From contig OZ024749.1 of assembly GCA_964016885.1 (NCBI GenBank), forward strand, positions 50,964,001 to 51,028,000: a stretch of 64,000 bases of DNA. The letters are read 5' to 3'. Position 1 is the stretch's first letter. Every line of letters begins with the position of its first letter. The position numbers were made by a program, and so were the translations under genes. The stretch is from Eledone cirrhosa (taxonomy: Eukaryota). This document shows positions 38,515 to 53,474 of this stretch, piece by piece. The notes beneath the pieces were generated by a model, which was not told the origin of the DNA, made no database searches, and was given only the letters and a program-made list of their open reading frames with translations.

Positions 38515-39267
38515 GCAGAGATATATGATAAATATGATGAAGGAGTGTATAGAACACTAGGAAACAGGGAATAACTGGACAGAAGGCACGTTTGCTTTTA
38601 CTCATACATTTGATATAACATTCTATAATATGTCTTCCTCGCAGATGTAAACATCATTCTATTATATTGTTCTATTCTATCGTGCTATTCTTTTTTTTTT
38701 ACATATTTTACAATCAATTTCATAACGATAGAGTTCAATGATGGTCATTATAATCATTAATGGAATATCAATATATTTTATTACAGTTTATCTATTATTT
38801 CATTTGGACAACATCTCTACAGAAATTGAATGCCAAATATAACCAATTCACTAAATACTATACCGACTTACACCCCGCCCCATGTACACACCGGTTTCCC
38901 TTTTACCTGAACATGGAACCTTGTTCTTCCACCAACTCTCACATTCACATTCCCACAAACACGCACAGACACACACACACACACGTACACCTACACCCAT
39001 ACACAAACACTACCTTCAGAATTCCCCGCTCGGACCCACCACCTCCATCTCCTCTCTCCAGCCCCCTACACCCACCACCAACCCTACACGCCTCACACCC
39101 TTTCACCCATTGTTTATTTTTATTTTTATTTTTATATGTATTTGTACTTTTAAAAAATTTCCATTCCTCTCTAAAAAAATTATTTATCCTCTCCCCCCTT
39201 TTTTTAAATATCTTTCCCCCACTCCCCCACTCCCCCACCCACCCTCGGAACTCTCTTCGTATCCCCT

Positions 39268-39303
39268 GTTTTCCTGATGAAGGGCTTATGCTCGAAACGC
39301 CGA
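39268..39303 (+). ncRNA. Degenerate minimal hammerhead motif
   Basis: CTGATGA 39274-39280, A-GGGC TTAT GCTC stem II, GAAACGCCGA; stem I/III incomplete. Confidence 0.45.
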
Positions 39304-39431
39304 CCCCCACCCCCCACTCTCAAGCGTGAAACTAAATACCATATCATTTTTACTGCCCCTCTGTTTTTTTTGTTCTCTGTCCATATATTAAACTATATAT
39401 ATATATATATATATAAACACACACATAGACG

Positions 39432-39548
<117 letters not shown>

Positions 39549-39555
39549 GTATATA

Positions 39556-39952
39556 TAAGAGGGCAAACCCAAAAGTAAGGTCTCCTTCCGATATTGCAAC
39601 TTTTGCGTTAAAATCCTCTGGATGGTGCTTCGGGAAACCTCAGTAACCAAATTGCAGAGAGCATCCAGAGTGATCCGCCAATCTTTACGCATGTTTTCCT
39701 CGGAAGGAGAGCTTACGTTTGGGATTACCCTCTATATATTAACTGCGCGAAATTCGCACTTGGCGGTAGCGTTCAACGGGAGCTCCATTTTCAACGGCTG
39801 CCAACCCACGATTCAGCATCCCAGCGAAGCGTGCGCATGCTTGTTTGGGAGTGAAGCAAGCACCAATCACAACAGTGTTGCCAACAGCCGTACGAACAGT
39901 TTCTCAGCGTCTCCATCGCTTTGGAGACCTTACTTTTGTGATTACCCTCGTA
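39556..39952 (-). mobile_element. Mariner-derived non-autonomous element with three TIR copies
   Basis: TIR (TA)CGAGGGTAATC.CAAAAGTAAGGTCTCC at 39558-39585 (+), 39706-39733 (-) and 39923-39950 (-). Transposase N-terminus MELPLNATAKCEFRAV from 39788 and HTH piece MRKDWRITLDAL..VSRSTIQRILTQKLQYRK. Confidence 0.9.
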
Positions 39953-40865
39953 TATATACAAGAACAAACTGAAGAGAATGTCTTCGTTTAAAATACATTA
40001 CATCGTAATACTTTATATTCATGCTTCTTTCTGCCGACAATAAAAAAAAAAAAAAATTGAATAATTTATAGAATTGATAGTGATGTCAGTAACGGTTCGA
40101 AATGAAAGGAAGTAATTTGTAAAGTACTTTTAGTTTCATTCTGAAAGCAAATGTAATTCTGTTTTTCCTTTACACGTTACTTCCTCTCACAGAATATGTA
40201 ATTCCATAGTTTCACTTATATATTTTGTCGGTCGTGTATTATCAACAGGGCCATGTTTGAAGTATTCGTAAACTTCAACATTAAATAATAAATAATAAAA
40301 AATAAAATGATGCAAACAACAAAGAACTATATAATTAAAGATCGTTGAAGATATTATCCAAGTTTTAAGGTGTACTGTAAGTGCACTGAATAACCACAAT
40401 TCCAACTAGACTTTTGTAGATACTTAAAATGCCATATATCTATTCAGAAATACTATTTAAATGACATATGATAGATGTTAATCACATTTTCAAAATATTT
40501 ATGATTAAGTTATGCTGAATAGTTTTGTTATAAAACGCTCCAAACGACATAAAATATATACTAAATGAAGCATCAATCAGAATCAAGTAAATATATAACA
40601 ACACCATATTTATGTTTTATGGATAATAGAGTAAGGAGTAATATCACTAGATTTAATACCTATAATTTTCACAAGATATCTACTTAAAGGTCTATTAAAT
40701 TCTGCATGAATTCAGCCAAGATGTAAATATATGTATGATACAGCATTTGAGAAGTTTCAAGCTCTTTATATCTGTGAACATGAAATTTTACACAGGAGAA
40801 TCGCATATACGCATTATGAGTTCCTTTACGAACTACATGATATAAGTACAAGTACAAACTAAATA

Positions 40866-41135
40866 TTTCCTTCTTCTTCGCTCACTTATTCCTGAAACGG
40901 TCGTGGAGGCATAGTCCTTAAACACACCTTCCAGAGTATTCTGCCAAACGCAACCGTCTCCAGCTCTCTGGTGGGATCCCCGAGCTAGAATACTACGCTC
41001 ATGGATGTTATCCAAACATCTTCTTCTATCTACAGAAGTGTCTCCTGTCGGTTGAACGTTATCCTAAATTCTGACGAGCTATATGTTCCTGGGACATTCT
41101 AACCACATGCCCATAGTATGAAAGAGGTAGTGGCT
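40866..41135 (-). mobile_element. RTE-clade (Rex3-like) LINE 3' end
   Basis: Minus strand YGHVVRMSQEHIAR...LDNIHE...ELETVAFGRILWKVCLRTMPPRP then GAAGAAGAAGG. Confidence 0.85.
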
Positions 41136-41810
41136 CTACCTGAAGTGGCTTTCTGATCTCTGAGCTACAGCTTTACGGAGGAGGTCAGGTGAATATTGAA
41201 TACATTTAACTTCATAATATACTTTAAAATATGTCCGATAAACATTCATGATATATAACTTAGTTTCGCACTTCCCTACCGTATAGTGAGTAATCCTTAT
41301 ATTGTACATCATTAGTATATGATGTGTTTCTGTCAATTAAACAAAGATCTATTCTTATTCGTATTTTTCCTTGATATTGTATTCTTATTGTGGTTACTGT
41401 TCCTGCATTATAGTTATGCATCCATGCTCAATGATCACATATATAGTAACACAGAAGTTTAAACGATAATCAAAATAACATGCTATCCAACTGCAAGAAT
41501 ATGTAAATAGGTATAAATATATTCAACCTCTTGTCACAAATGGCAGCATATTCAGACATTCAGACATTCTATGTCAATCATATCTCTCTTTAGTGTTCTA
41601 CGAGCATGTTGAAATACCTGTCTTCAAATTTAAATACACACAAAGACACATTTATAATAGGTGATAACGGGGGTAAACTGCCAGTACTAGACCGTAGGTA
41701 ATAAGCCGTAAGTTGTGCATTGACAGTTATACTTTCAACATTCATACGAGCGATTATAATATCAACTGTCTGACCGCCTTTTATATCGATCAATATTATA
41801 TGGATAAAAC

Positions 41811-41873
<63 letters not shown>

Positions 41874-41925
41874 CGTCCATAAAATATACATACAATGACA
41901 CACACGCACATATATTTATATACAT

Positions 41926-42116
<191 letters not shown>

Positions 42117-42238
42117 TATATATAGAGAGAAATATGGAAAAAAGTAACAGGTCTGTATAATCTAAAGTTTTATTTTAGAATAAGTGTTGGAATTTAATCG
42201 ACTGTTATTTGTAAATCTTTCACAACTTCTCGCCACAG

Positions 42239-42290
<52 letters not shown>

Positions 42291-43929
42291 ATATATATCA
42301 TTTCCGATCTTTATTTGCAATGAACCTAAATCAACTCTGTAAAATGTTATCAATATATACATTTCTTTTTAGGTATCAATTACGATTTGTAAAGCTTACC
42401 TTGGTAGAATATGTTTAACAGTATTAAAACAATAATATTCCCCTCTGATAGATGCTTACCAGTTATGTCCTACGGGTAGTTAATCAGATCATAATTCAAT
42501 ACTTAGAATCTGATGTATTTTTTATTTCAGGAACTTTTTAACATAATGAAGATTACCTGTTCATAATTTGATATCAATTATGATTCCCAATAAGTGATGG
42601 TGATGCTGATGGCCATCATCATGTTGATCATGGTGCTGGTGTTGATGATGTGTAACATAATCACCCCCATCTCTACTTTATCGTTAGTAATTCTTTTTCC
42701 AGTCTTTTCTTCATCCCCTGTTGTTCTTGCCCCCATCATATCCATCGACGACACAACTATCATCATCCTCACTTTCATTATCAACCTAATTTATCAATCA
42801 GCATTTCCTCATATGGAGAGCAATTAAAAATCAGATCTTTAATTACGATATATAATTAAGTCCAGCCTCAGTCTGAAAGTTGCATTCAGAAAAAAGTAGG
42901 CGACTGGACCGTGCAGATTATATTTAGCACTAAAGAACTAGGCGTTATGAAATATTTTAAATATTCTTCACACTGTAATTCAACGCCAAAATACAAGCTT
43001 TGCTGAAAAAAGATATAGAGTATTGTGACAATAACTACATTGATGGACAGGAATGATCCGCTGCAATAGGCGGTGACGTCAAAAATGTATCCGATGCCAG
43101 TTCTCTTTTGTTTTCTACAATTAATTAATTACAATATATATTAACAATTTTTGTTATATTTCTTCATCACAACACGGTCATCTATTTGGATAGAATGAAG
43201 CTTTCCATGAACTAATTCTGTAACTTCAAACAGATTTAATGGAAACAGAATCTATTTTGAAGTCAACATTGAAAATAAATTAATGAGGATTACAAAGACG
43301 TGAAAAAATATGCCGAAAGTAAAATACAACGATACCAAAAAGAAGTTTTAAAAAATCAATAAAATCATATTACACTTCCATTTAATTTGTTTCTCAATTT
43401 TGATTAGAATAATATTGAAACGATCTTCATAAATTTATTTAATAACATTATATTTGAATTGTTGCTACAGATTCTTATTTGCAATCTTAAATTTGAAGCC
43501 TCACAATTTCTGTGTTTCCAGATTAGATTTCTATTTCTGTTAAATATAGATGTAAATGTAACTGAACATTCCCTTCGTCTTTTCAGTAAACTTTCGATGA
43601 TTTTATTAAATATTTTATAAGCGCTATAAACCACTCCAGTTCATTTTGATTCTAGATTTATTCTCACAAATTAAAACAATTAGAAGCCAGACTTCATATA
43701 CTAAATGAAGACTCGTTATAATATTCCAATGACTGCCTAGGCATGCTTTATTGTCGACGAATACTCGGAATGCATGAATATCACATTTCTTTGTGATTAT
43801 GTTCCTGTGCCTATTCCTGATAGTATGATGCGCATGTTTACCAGAATATATGTGGGTGTACGCTGCAATCTATACGCTTGATTGTATGATACAAAAGAAT
43901 ATGTATATATTGAGATAGTTATTATTTAT

Positions 43930-43984
<55 letters not shown>

Positions 43985-44678
43985 CATAGAGAGAGAGGTA
44001 GAGAGAGAGGTAAAGCGAGACAGGGAGACATAGAAAGAGAGAGGGGCAAGGGAGAGAGGGAGAGAGGGAAAGAGAGAAGTACGTCCTCTAATGAAACATA
44101 GTTTCTATGCTGCACGGATGCACATTACCTAACTAAGACGTAAATAGACAGACCGACTCTATTTATGAATGATATTCATTATAAGGTAGAAATATTGGAG
44201 AATCGGCTTCTAATATCAGAAGAAATAATTAATAGAGCACAAGGATTTGCTCACTGATGCGAAGGCATAGCTGTATACCATATCCGACAATGAAAGACAA
44301 ATATACACAAAATAGTGTGAAGCAAAGAATCCGTCTTTAATCTGATAAGCATAAGATTTATTTAAATAGCTGACGGATATTTAGTTGATGAGTATAAGGG
44401 AACACAAACATTGTCTACATCAATCTCCACGATATCAGACGTAGTTATATATTTCTCTCCCAATATACATACACACCCAAATACTTTCAGAAGAGAGAGA
44501 GAGAGAGAGAAAGGTATAGAGTTACATTATGTGTATGAGGTTATGGAATCCTATTTGCTATTTCACTCCCAAGTAGATTTTTGTATTAGTGATGCTTCTG
44601 GAGTTCCTAAGGCGGCAAACGGCGTTGATACTGCAGTCACTTTAATATATACATACATGCATTCTAGCATGTGTGTGT

Positions 44679-44731
<53 letters not shown>

Positions 44732-44851
44732 CAAATGAAAATGATGCGGGAATCTAAACAAACACACACTCACATATATATATATATATATATTATTACA
44801 GCAGTATAACCCTCCCCAAGTATAACAATACACACAAACACACACACACAC

Positions 44852-44919
<68 letters not shown>

Positions 44920-45270
44920 ATATATATGTATATTTTAAACACGCACACGGATATTAGGCATTCGGACGTTGTTTAACATACTATGAATATCACCTAACAA
45001 GATATCATCTCACGAGTAATTATTTATATGTGATTTCGTTCTTAGATATCTAGTATATGAGTTATGGTCGAAATGAAAATGCTGTTCTGCATTCGACATA
45101 TCTGAGATTGCCATATATAAAACACCTGGACGTGAATATATACATATATTTTTTTATGTAGGAATATAAGCAGTTTATAATATTTTATCTGTGAGTATAT
45201 TTATCGGAAATAAGTATGGACGACAAATATTATTTGTAGCAGTGTGCCTTATGTTTAGCCCTGAGTAGGA

Positions 45271-45676
45271 TTACCGTGTGATTTGTTGTAACCTTTCCGT
45301 GTGTGCGATGGGTTTTGCATGTGTTATTTTCGATACCTGCGTAGTACGGACTGGTATTGATGATGGTGGTGAATTTGTTATTGTTGGTCGGGTAGGAACT
45401 ATATTAATTGTGGCTTTAATTTAATTCCTAATACTAGTTTCGGGGACGCAAATTTAGAAATTATTTTCCCCTGGTCGTAATCCACTCTCCACTGAAACAA
45501 TTCAAGTAGTGACATATCCGCCAAAAGTTGATGCGTTAAGGGTCCGTGCTGTTGTAGCTGTCATTAGTCCTGGCGTTTTTTCCATAGTTGTTTGGGCTGT
45601 ATCCCATGGTCTTGATGTAGAAAGACTTGGCAATCTGTTTCTGCGTGAGACTATATATTTTCTATGGCAGAAACCA
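45271..45676 (-). pseudogene. Possible decayed or terminal exon encoding a Thr/Ser/Pro-rich stretch
   Basis: Strong acceptor CTCTCTTTTCTTCAG, then GFCHRK..STSRPWDTAQTTMEKTPGLMTATTART..VTT* and, in frame past 3 stops, IVPTRPTITNSPPSSIPVRTT. Confidence 0.3.
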
Positions 45677-46336
45677 CTGAAGAAAAGAGAGTAGTTCTAT
45701 GAAGAACAGACTCTGTATTTGCATGACAGACATTAGCGTGCATTTGTTAACAACTACATATTAATCAGTCATATTCATGTCTAACCGTTTTTTAGTTAAT
45801 AGGTCATTACCGGAAAAAAGTTTCGTACGCCTCAGTTACATAGGTGAAGAAACCATATACTAAATATACATAAATATTGACAATAATACAAACAGACATA
45901 TAACATTCCCAATATGGAATACCTCACTGAATACTCATTAACTGAAATAAGGTTATCAGTAAAATTATGAAGTATAAAACAAAACTCCAGTCACAGGAAC
46001 CACACTACACCAAATTAGACCTGTAATTATCTGTTTTACTCAAAGTTATTTTGTACAGCTTGTTATTGAGGAACTATGATACCACAAGTAATAAGTATAA
46101 TAAGAAATGTGTATATCAGATTTTCTCTTTTCAATCATTGACGTTACTAAGTATTTATGTCTGTGTTATATAATTTCGTTTTGTTATCTCTGCTATATAA
46201 ATGCTATATTCAAATGTTTTCCATTTCTGCACTGCTATACAATTATAGAATTTGTGTCCCTATTGTTTGATTCTAAACTGGCAATTTCAACTTATGAGAA
46301 ACCACAGAATTGTAGGCACCCACTCAGAAAACGTCA

Positions 46337-46391
<55 letters not shown>

Positions 46392-46453
46392 AACTCTCCC
46401 CACCACAAACGTATATATATATATATATATATATGTATATGTAAACATGTAAG

Positions 46454-46612
<159 letters not shown>

Positions 46613-49581
46613 CATACATATGTGTACATATATATATATATATATTTGCCAGAAATTGGAGTTAGTTACCAAGAATATTTTGTTACGTCTCATCGCTTTC
46701 ATACTTTTTTAATAACAATTTTGAATTCTTATCACTGTTTCTCTTACGAATAACATTCATTCGTCTAATGTTATTATGTATGGTTTTTCACACCACGCAA
46801 TACTTAAAGTAAATCTACTTACAAACACAGTTTTTAACCAATTACATTCAAATATTACTTACTTGTTGTTAAAGTCATACAAAGCATAAAGGAAATAAAA
46901 ATAAAACTGCAGCGAAACAAAAAGCAATATAAAGAAATAAAATCAATATACTTAAATAAATGAAAGTAACACAGATTTAAAAAATGTAATGGCTTGAGAA
47001 AATACCTATTATAATTCGGTGTCTCGTCACGTCTAGAATTACGTCTAAAAATACATTATTTAAAAAAAAATGAATGGGAGCATGTTTAGAAATAGGATTG
47101 ATACAATTAAGTAGAAACAAGTTGGATGGATAATAATCTTATTTCTTTTCCTCAGTTTTTGATATTATTGACTGTGTTTCGAGTTTTTTTTACGTAGTAG
47201 TTTCAAGATGAAAAAAGACACATGATGATATCAGGCAAACGTGCATTGCTCTTGAAAAATAGCATACTAATGATATAATAATAACCATCTTTAGCAAGTA
47301 AACGTTAGGTAAAGAAATATATGGGCTAAATAGAAATTGAGAGGATTCTGATTCCATATTTGAAAAAGGAAGAGCACAATCTTATGAATATTCTCATCTT
47401 TATTGATCTATTATTATTCTAATCTGCGGAATTATCATGAATATTTGGAAAGGTGTCTTGAAATAAAATAATTTTATGGAGTCCTATCTCATATCGGAAT
47501 TTATTCATGAGGAAAGATTATAAGCAAACGACCAGCCTCCGAGCGTGGGAGGATTTAAGGAGAGCTGGAACATCACTCACTGAGCTAATGAAGTATGGCC
47601 AGATGAAAGTGTAAGCGTCGATGTAGGAGGTCAAACAATATCTTCCTCATTCTAAAACACGTTTAATATTTTCCTAACCGCAGCTCTTTCCCTTACTCTC
47701 TCATACACGCACGGTCATTTTCGTCGGTTTGGATATATATATATATATATATATATATAATGAGAGAGAGAGAGCTTTTTCCAACATCTGGCAATAGACC
47801 GAATGGTGACTCTCAATATAAACCTTTGATATATTAAAAATATAAACGAGATTTTCTTTAAATATATACGCCCTACGTTGAAACGCTATTCGGGAAATCA
47901 TAGTGGCTTAGTTAGCTGAGACAGCAATGCATTTTAGAATATTAGCCTTGAGCCTAAATGACTTCAATATCAAACCTGAACACAGTAAATTACTGACATT
48001 TGTTAGTACAGAAATACAGACCAATGTACCTATAACGTAGTGTAGCCTGAATTAACTTGTTAGAAAAACATGGAAGACTACGCCAAGTACAACCTCTCTC
48101 TTATTGTAATAAAAAACATATAATTTCACTAAAATGCGATACAATTTAAGAAGAGGTATCAATAAGCTTATCATGAACCAATTAATGAAATACATATATG
48201 TACAATATTTCGTACAAATGTGTTACGACTAGGTAAATATATAGATTATGTTCCACTGTTCATGTTAGTTTATTGACTTTAGATAGCATCCGATTTAAAT
48301 GTGACAATATTTGTTTATGCGTATCATATCATGTTATGTGCATTTGCCGAAATGAATATCATTCAAGCTTTGATTGACTGCGAAGCAGACCTGTTGCACA
48401 TAGATGATTATATATATTTGGATCAAGGGAATACAATTGTAAGGAATATTAATTGATGGAAACGTTCTACAATATATACTTTATTGTGCATCTTCGAATA
48501 TTCAATCACTTCCAAGAAGTGAGAGATGATCGAGAATCGCATAGAAATAATCTTTAATAATGTGATTGACTTTTCGGACAAATAACTAATATTGTGTCTA
48601 TAATCATTAAAATGCGAATGGCAGTTTATTCAATAGATTAGCAAATGCCATGTTTATAGTGATATTGATTTAGACTCACACCCCTTACATCGAACTTCTT
48701 ACTACATTGCTTGATGTCGATGAACTTAATTGGTCAAGTCATGCGGAAGATAAATACATACCGAACACAATTTGCTATCCCTAACTAAGATGAATAACCA
48801 GAGGGATTTAGGATGATTAACTGCACGATGTAATTACGCCGTTAAAACTGTTTGGAATAATTTAGGCAACAATGCTTACAAGAGACCACAGTTTCATGAA
48901 TGCAATCATTATACATGTAGAACTGTTGAATACAAAATTGCACAGGAGATATATATCTGTCAATCTATAAGAGGAACACAAAACCATCGATGATCTGCAT
49001 TGGAAAGTAAAAATATAATTTGTTCAACGAATGGAATCAATTTTTAGTGATGTAGAATGCATGCCTAACATTGCAGCTATGAGCATTTGCCCAAATGTAA
49101 ACTAGAAATATCAATATAATCATACAATGTTGTTGATATACTCAATAAACGATATAGGTATACTAAAGTTATTTTCAATGAAAATAAATAAGGCGAATTC
49201 AATTAATATATACATGTCATATTTTATATACAGATGTCATGATCAAATATATATATATATATATACAATATTAAATAAATGGAAACTATATTTATAAAAC
49301 CATATTTATTTCTACCAAATCAACCTTTTCAAATACAAGTCGATGTTGTTACGGTATGTCGAATCTATTTATCTATAAAACTGTTTATATTGTATTTTGT
49401 CTGAGGAAGGCATAGCATATTGTTAATATGATATCCCTGAAATATATATAATGAAATAAATATGGTTTTATATAGTTTCCATTTATTTAATATTGTAAAT
49501 ATACTCCAAATATTTGTCGAGTGCTTTTATATCAGTTATAAATATTTACTAGTTGTAACCCAACAATTTAAATATAACTTT

Positions 49582-49627
<46 letters not shown>

Positions 49628-50274
49628 GAATCAATTATTTATATTTTCTTGGTGCTGCTCTTTATTACAAGCAACGCAAGTGAAGAGAAGTCTACGCATT
49701 TAACAGTAAATAAATATACGATATCCTATCAACCTCTAAATGCCATTATATAAAATATAAGTCTAAGCCGTTTTGAATAATTCCAGGACTACCATTCCCT
49801 AATATCCAGTAACTTTAGAACAAGCAACATTAATTTTGGGGCTGTTCAAGAGACAGACAGTTACATTATATACTACACATTTACGACATTCCTCAATATA
49901 TCTTGACACAATTAACTTCATGAAATTGCTTTCTCGTACATCTCACTTTATCATTAATTAGGGATGTTAGGCCTCCTATACTTTTTGTTTAACTTTAGTA
50001 TTTTTATATAATGAAATATTGCCGCAATTCAAGGAGACATTTTGTCACCTGAAGTAATTTTATATATATTGATACAGATCAATTTAGTGGCTGCTAATAT
50101 ATATGAGTGACGATATCCGCAGGTATTAAAACATAGATTGTTTATGAATAATTAATTAGGATACCCTCGAAGTAACTGTGGCTATAATTGATTACTGTTA
50201 GAAATATTTGAAATAATGCTCTTTTTCGTGCGTGGTGTTATTTTGTTAATAGGTAATTTTGAATCATCCAAATA

Positions 50275-50322
<48 letters not shown>

Positions 50323-50585
50323 TATACGATATATATATATATATCATATATATATATATATATATCATATATGTATATATATATATAATATCATTCTTGA
50401 ATTCCACGCAAAGAACATTCATCACAGCACTAATGCACATATTCGAACATATTCTTTTGATAAATTAATATTCCAATGCTTCTGGAAACTACTTAGAGTT
50501 GTTGCATACGCACGCAATCATAAACATACATGCATGGACTTACTCAAAGACACACTCTCACACACATATACATATATATGCATAC

Positions 50586-50693
<108 letters not shown>

Positions 50694-50746
50694 GTTTACA
50701 TACATATATATATAAAATCATAGATATATATGTGTTTTGCAACAGG

Positions 50747-50969
50747 TCACGTTGTGGCTCAATGACAAATTAATAAATTAAATAATCAGAGCTATATCTA
50801 ATAAAATGTGTCTTTAGGATCACTAGATATAATATATACCATTTCATCTCCCAATTAGCAGAATTAACCATATAAAAAATCAATTAGACAAAGCTATAAG
50901 AATAAAGGTTCCTATGAAGAAATCTCCGACAAATAACCGAAAGCAGGCCCTTCGAGGCGGCAACGATAG

Positions 50970-50970
<1 letters not shown>
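50747..50970. repeat. Diverged dispersed repeat homologous to 7503-7740, between (TA)n runs
   Basis: TCACG.TGTGGCTCAATGA.AAATTAAT...AATC.GAGCTATAT...CTAGATA...CTATGAAGAAAT..GACAAAT shared. Confidence 0.6.
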
Positions 50971-51043
<73 letters not shown>

Positions 51044-51629
51044 GAGGATACTTATAAGTGTGAAACAAATAAGAATGTTTGTATATCTGTCTTGTCGTTT
51101 CCTTGTTATGTATGAACTGATTATCAGTTTCTTGAAAATGTTTATTAAATATCGTCTCCTTAAAAAAATAAACAATAAAATAAATGCTGATAGACCAGTG
51201 CCAATAAATTATTTGGGTATATGACGAAATTATACTTCCCAGCATACTTTACAATGTAAATATAAAATAATTATCTGTAAATTTCCATATTTCATTTGTT
51301 ACTTATGTAAATATATTGATGTAGGGGAGACAATTTAGCAAAAAGTCTCTACAGCCCTTAAATGCATTAATAAATGAGAAATACCCATTTGAAATGGAAA
51401 TATTTGGTATAAGAGTGTATTATTAACATATGTTTACTAATATTTTCTGATCTAAATTTGGATGTATTTAAGTTTCCTTTTCACATCCGATTATAGCTTA
51501 TTTATTTAAATATATATATATATATATATATATATTCTTATGTCACTATGACATAACGGCTCATTCTTAAGAAGTCAACCCTGAACAGCTATGGAAAAAG
51601 TTAACGGTATGACAAGGAAAAATATATGA

Positions 51630-51662
<33 letters not shown>

Positions 51663-51729
51663 ATGAGACACATATATATATATATGTATTTATTTATTTA
51701 TATGTATATACATATATATATATATATAT

Positions 51730-51777
51730 AACGGAGGAAATGTGGTAAGGAACCAGGTGGACCATAACGCACCAAAG
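51730..51777 (-). repeat. Family P terminal fragment
   Basis: AACGGAGGAAATGTGGTAAGGAACCAGGTGGACCATAACGCACCAAAG is the reverse complement of 9046-9093. Confidence 0.85.
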
Positions 51778-51944
51778 GCACTTTTATATCGATCTCCAAT
51801 AGATGAAAGGCGAAGTTAATCTCAGTTTGATTTTAACTCAAAGAGCAGAGACCCGAAATTAATGTCCCAATGCATACTATTTATCGTATGAATTATCTAT
51901 GTTGAATTGACATTGATATAAAGCATTGGTATTATATTACATGG

Positions 51945-52130
51945 CACTGGTTTGGCACATCGGTAAACCGTCGGACGCCATGCTTGGAAGCAAAGAGTTA
52001 CGGCCCTTTATGTTCTGAGTTCAAATCCCGCCGAGTTTAACTTTGCCTTTCATTCTTATGGACTCGATAAAATATAGTGTCACTAATACACTGGGATAAT
52101 TGCTGGCCTTGTGCCCAAAGTAGAAACAAG
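51945..52130 (+). mobile_element. tRNA-derived SINE
   Basis: A-box-like TGGCACATCGGTAA, B-box GAGTTCAAATCCC, body AACTTTGCCTTTCAT..TCGATAAAAT, tail TTGCTGGCCTTGTGCCCAAAGTAGAAACAA. Confidence 0.85.
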
Positions 52131-52610
52131 TATATGACATGGCATATTTTCCAAAATATTTTGTTTGATATTTTATCATACATTATAAATATACTTAGGA
52201 GGTTATTGCATTGGTTGTTGTTACGAACGAGCAATGCAAAGATGTATATAGGATTGACGTTTACATAGTTATCATTGTATGTTTTTAAATCTATTAACGC
52301 CTTAAGCTATGTATCTTACACGGTTAATATAAATGTTCTTCCATCCTATGCCATGAAAGTGAAGAGAGTTTATATTTTTCAGCATTTAAGAAACCAATAG
52401 TGGTGTTTGAAAAAACGAGCCCAGTCCTTCTTTTTCAATGTATAATTTATTTCATAGAATTCATATGAAAGAAAAAGCAAAATTGACCTCCGTTTTGGAA
52501 GAATATATTCACAAATACCACATTTTAACTATTGAAACCATCAAACGACTTACCTCACACGATAAACAAACTCCGTTTGGTTTCTATTTACGTATATATA
52601 TATATCGAAT

Positions 52611-52648
<38 letters not shown>

Positions 52649-52821
52649 GTATATACACGCACACGCACCCCACACACACCTACACACATATATATACATA
52701 TATAATTTATAGATTTATGATATGTAGTCTTACAGCATTTAAATAAATATATATATGTACATGTGTGGGTTTGTGTGGAGAGAGAGAGGGGGAAGAGAGA
52801 GATAGAGAGAGGGCAATGAGC

Positions 52822-53007
52822 AATAATTGTTTCTACTTTAGGCACAAGGCCAGCAATTACCCAGTGCATTACTGGTACTTTATTTTATCGACCCCGTGAT
52901 GATGAAAGGCAAAGTCAACCTCGGCGGGATTTGAACTCAGATCATAAAGGGACGTAACTATGCTGGAAAGCATGGCGTCCGATCCTCTACCGATACTGCC
53001 AATCCAC
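52822..53007 (-). mobile_element. tRNA-derived SINE
   Basis: Reverse complement of the 51945-52130 family. Confidence 0.9.
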
Positions 53008-53313
53008 GCAATAATGATAGACAGATAGTTGAACAGATTGGTAGGAAAGTCTGGTTTGATATACATATATGCTAGGTAGTTTATCTGATATAAATCTATT
53101 ATTCAAAAAATATTCTCCTGAAATATAGAAGTGTATATTTATAGACTTAGATATTGTGTTACAATGAAATGCTACAGAAACCGTCCAAAAATATCTATAT
53201 ATAAAACGGTAATACTAATTTTTAGTCTCCGTACACACACAAACAGGCAAGTATATAAATATAAGCACACGCCTAAAAATCTACATATACTCGAATATAT
53301 CAATCTATCAAAA

Positions 53314-53344
<31 letters not shown>

Positions 53345-53349
53345 TATAA

Positions 53350-53474
<125 letters not shown>

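Noticed and set aside
42578-42827. Met/Ile-rich hydrophobic ORFs on both strands
   Set aside because: Decayed (GAT)n/(CAT)n low-complexity tract
43200-43640. Hydrophobic minus-strand frames suggestive of a GPCR pseudogene
   Set aside because: Multiple stops, no reliable motif; AT-richness alone yields F/I/L-rich peptides
51945-52040. tRNA genes at A/B-box-like sites (also 61556, 22205)
   Set aside because: No cloverleaf; they continue into multi-copy SINE bodies
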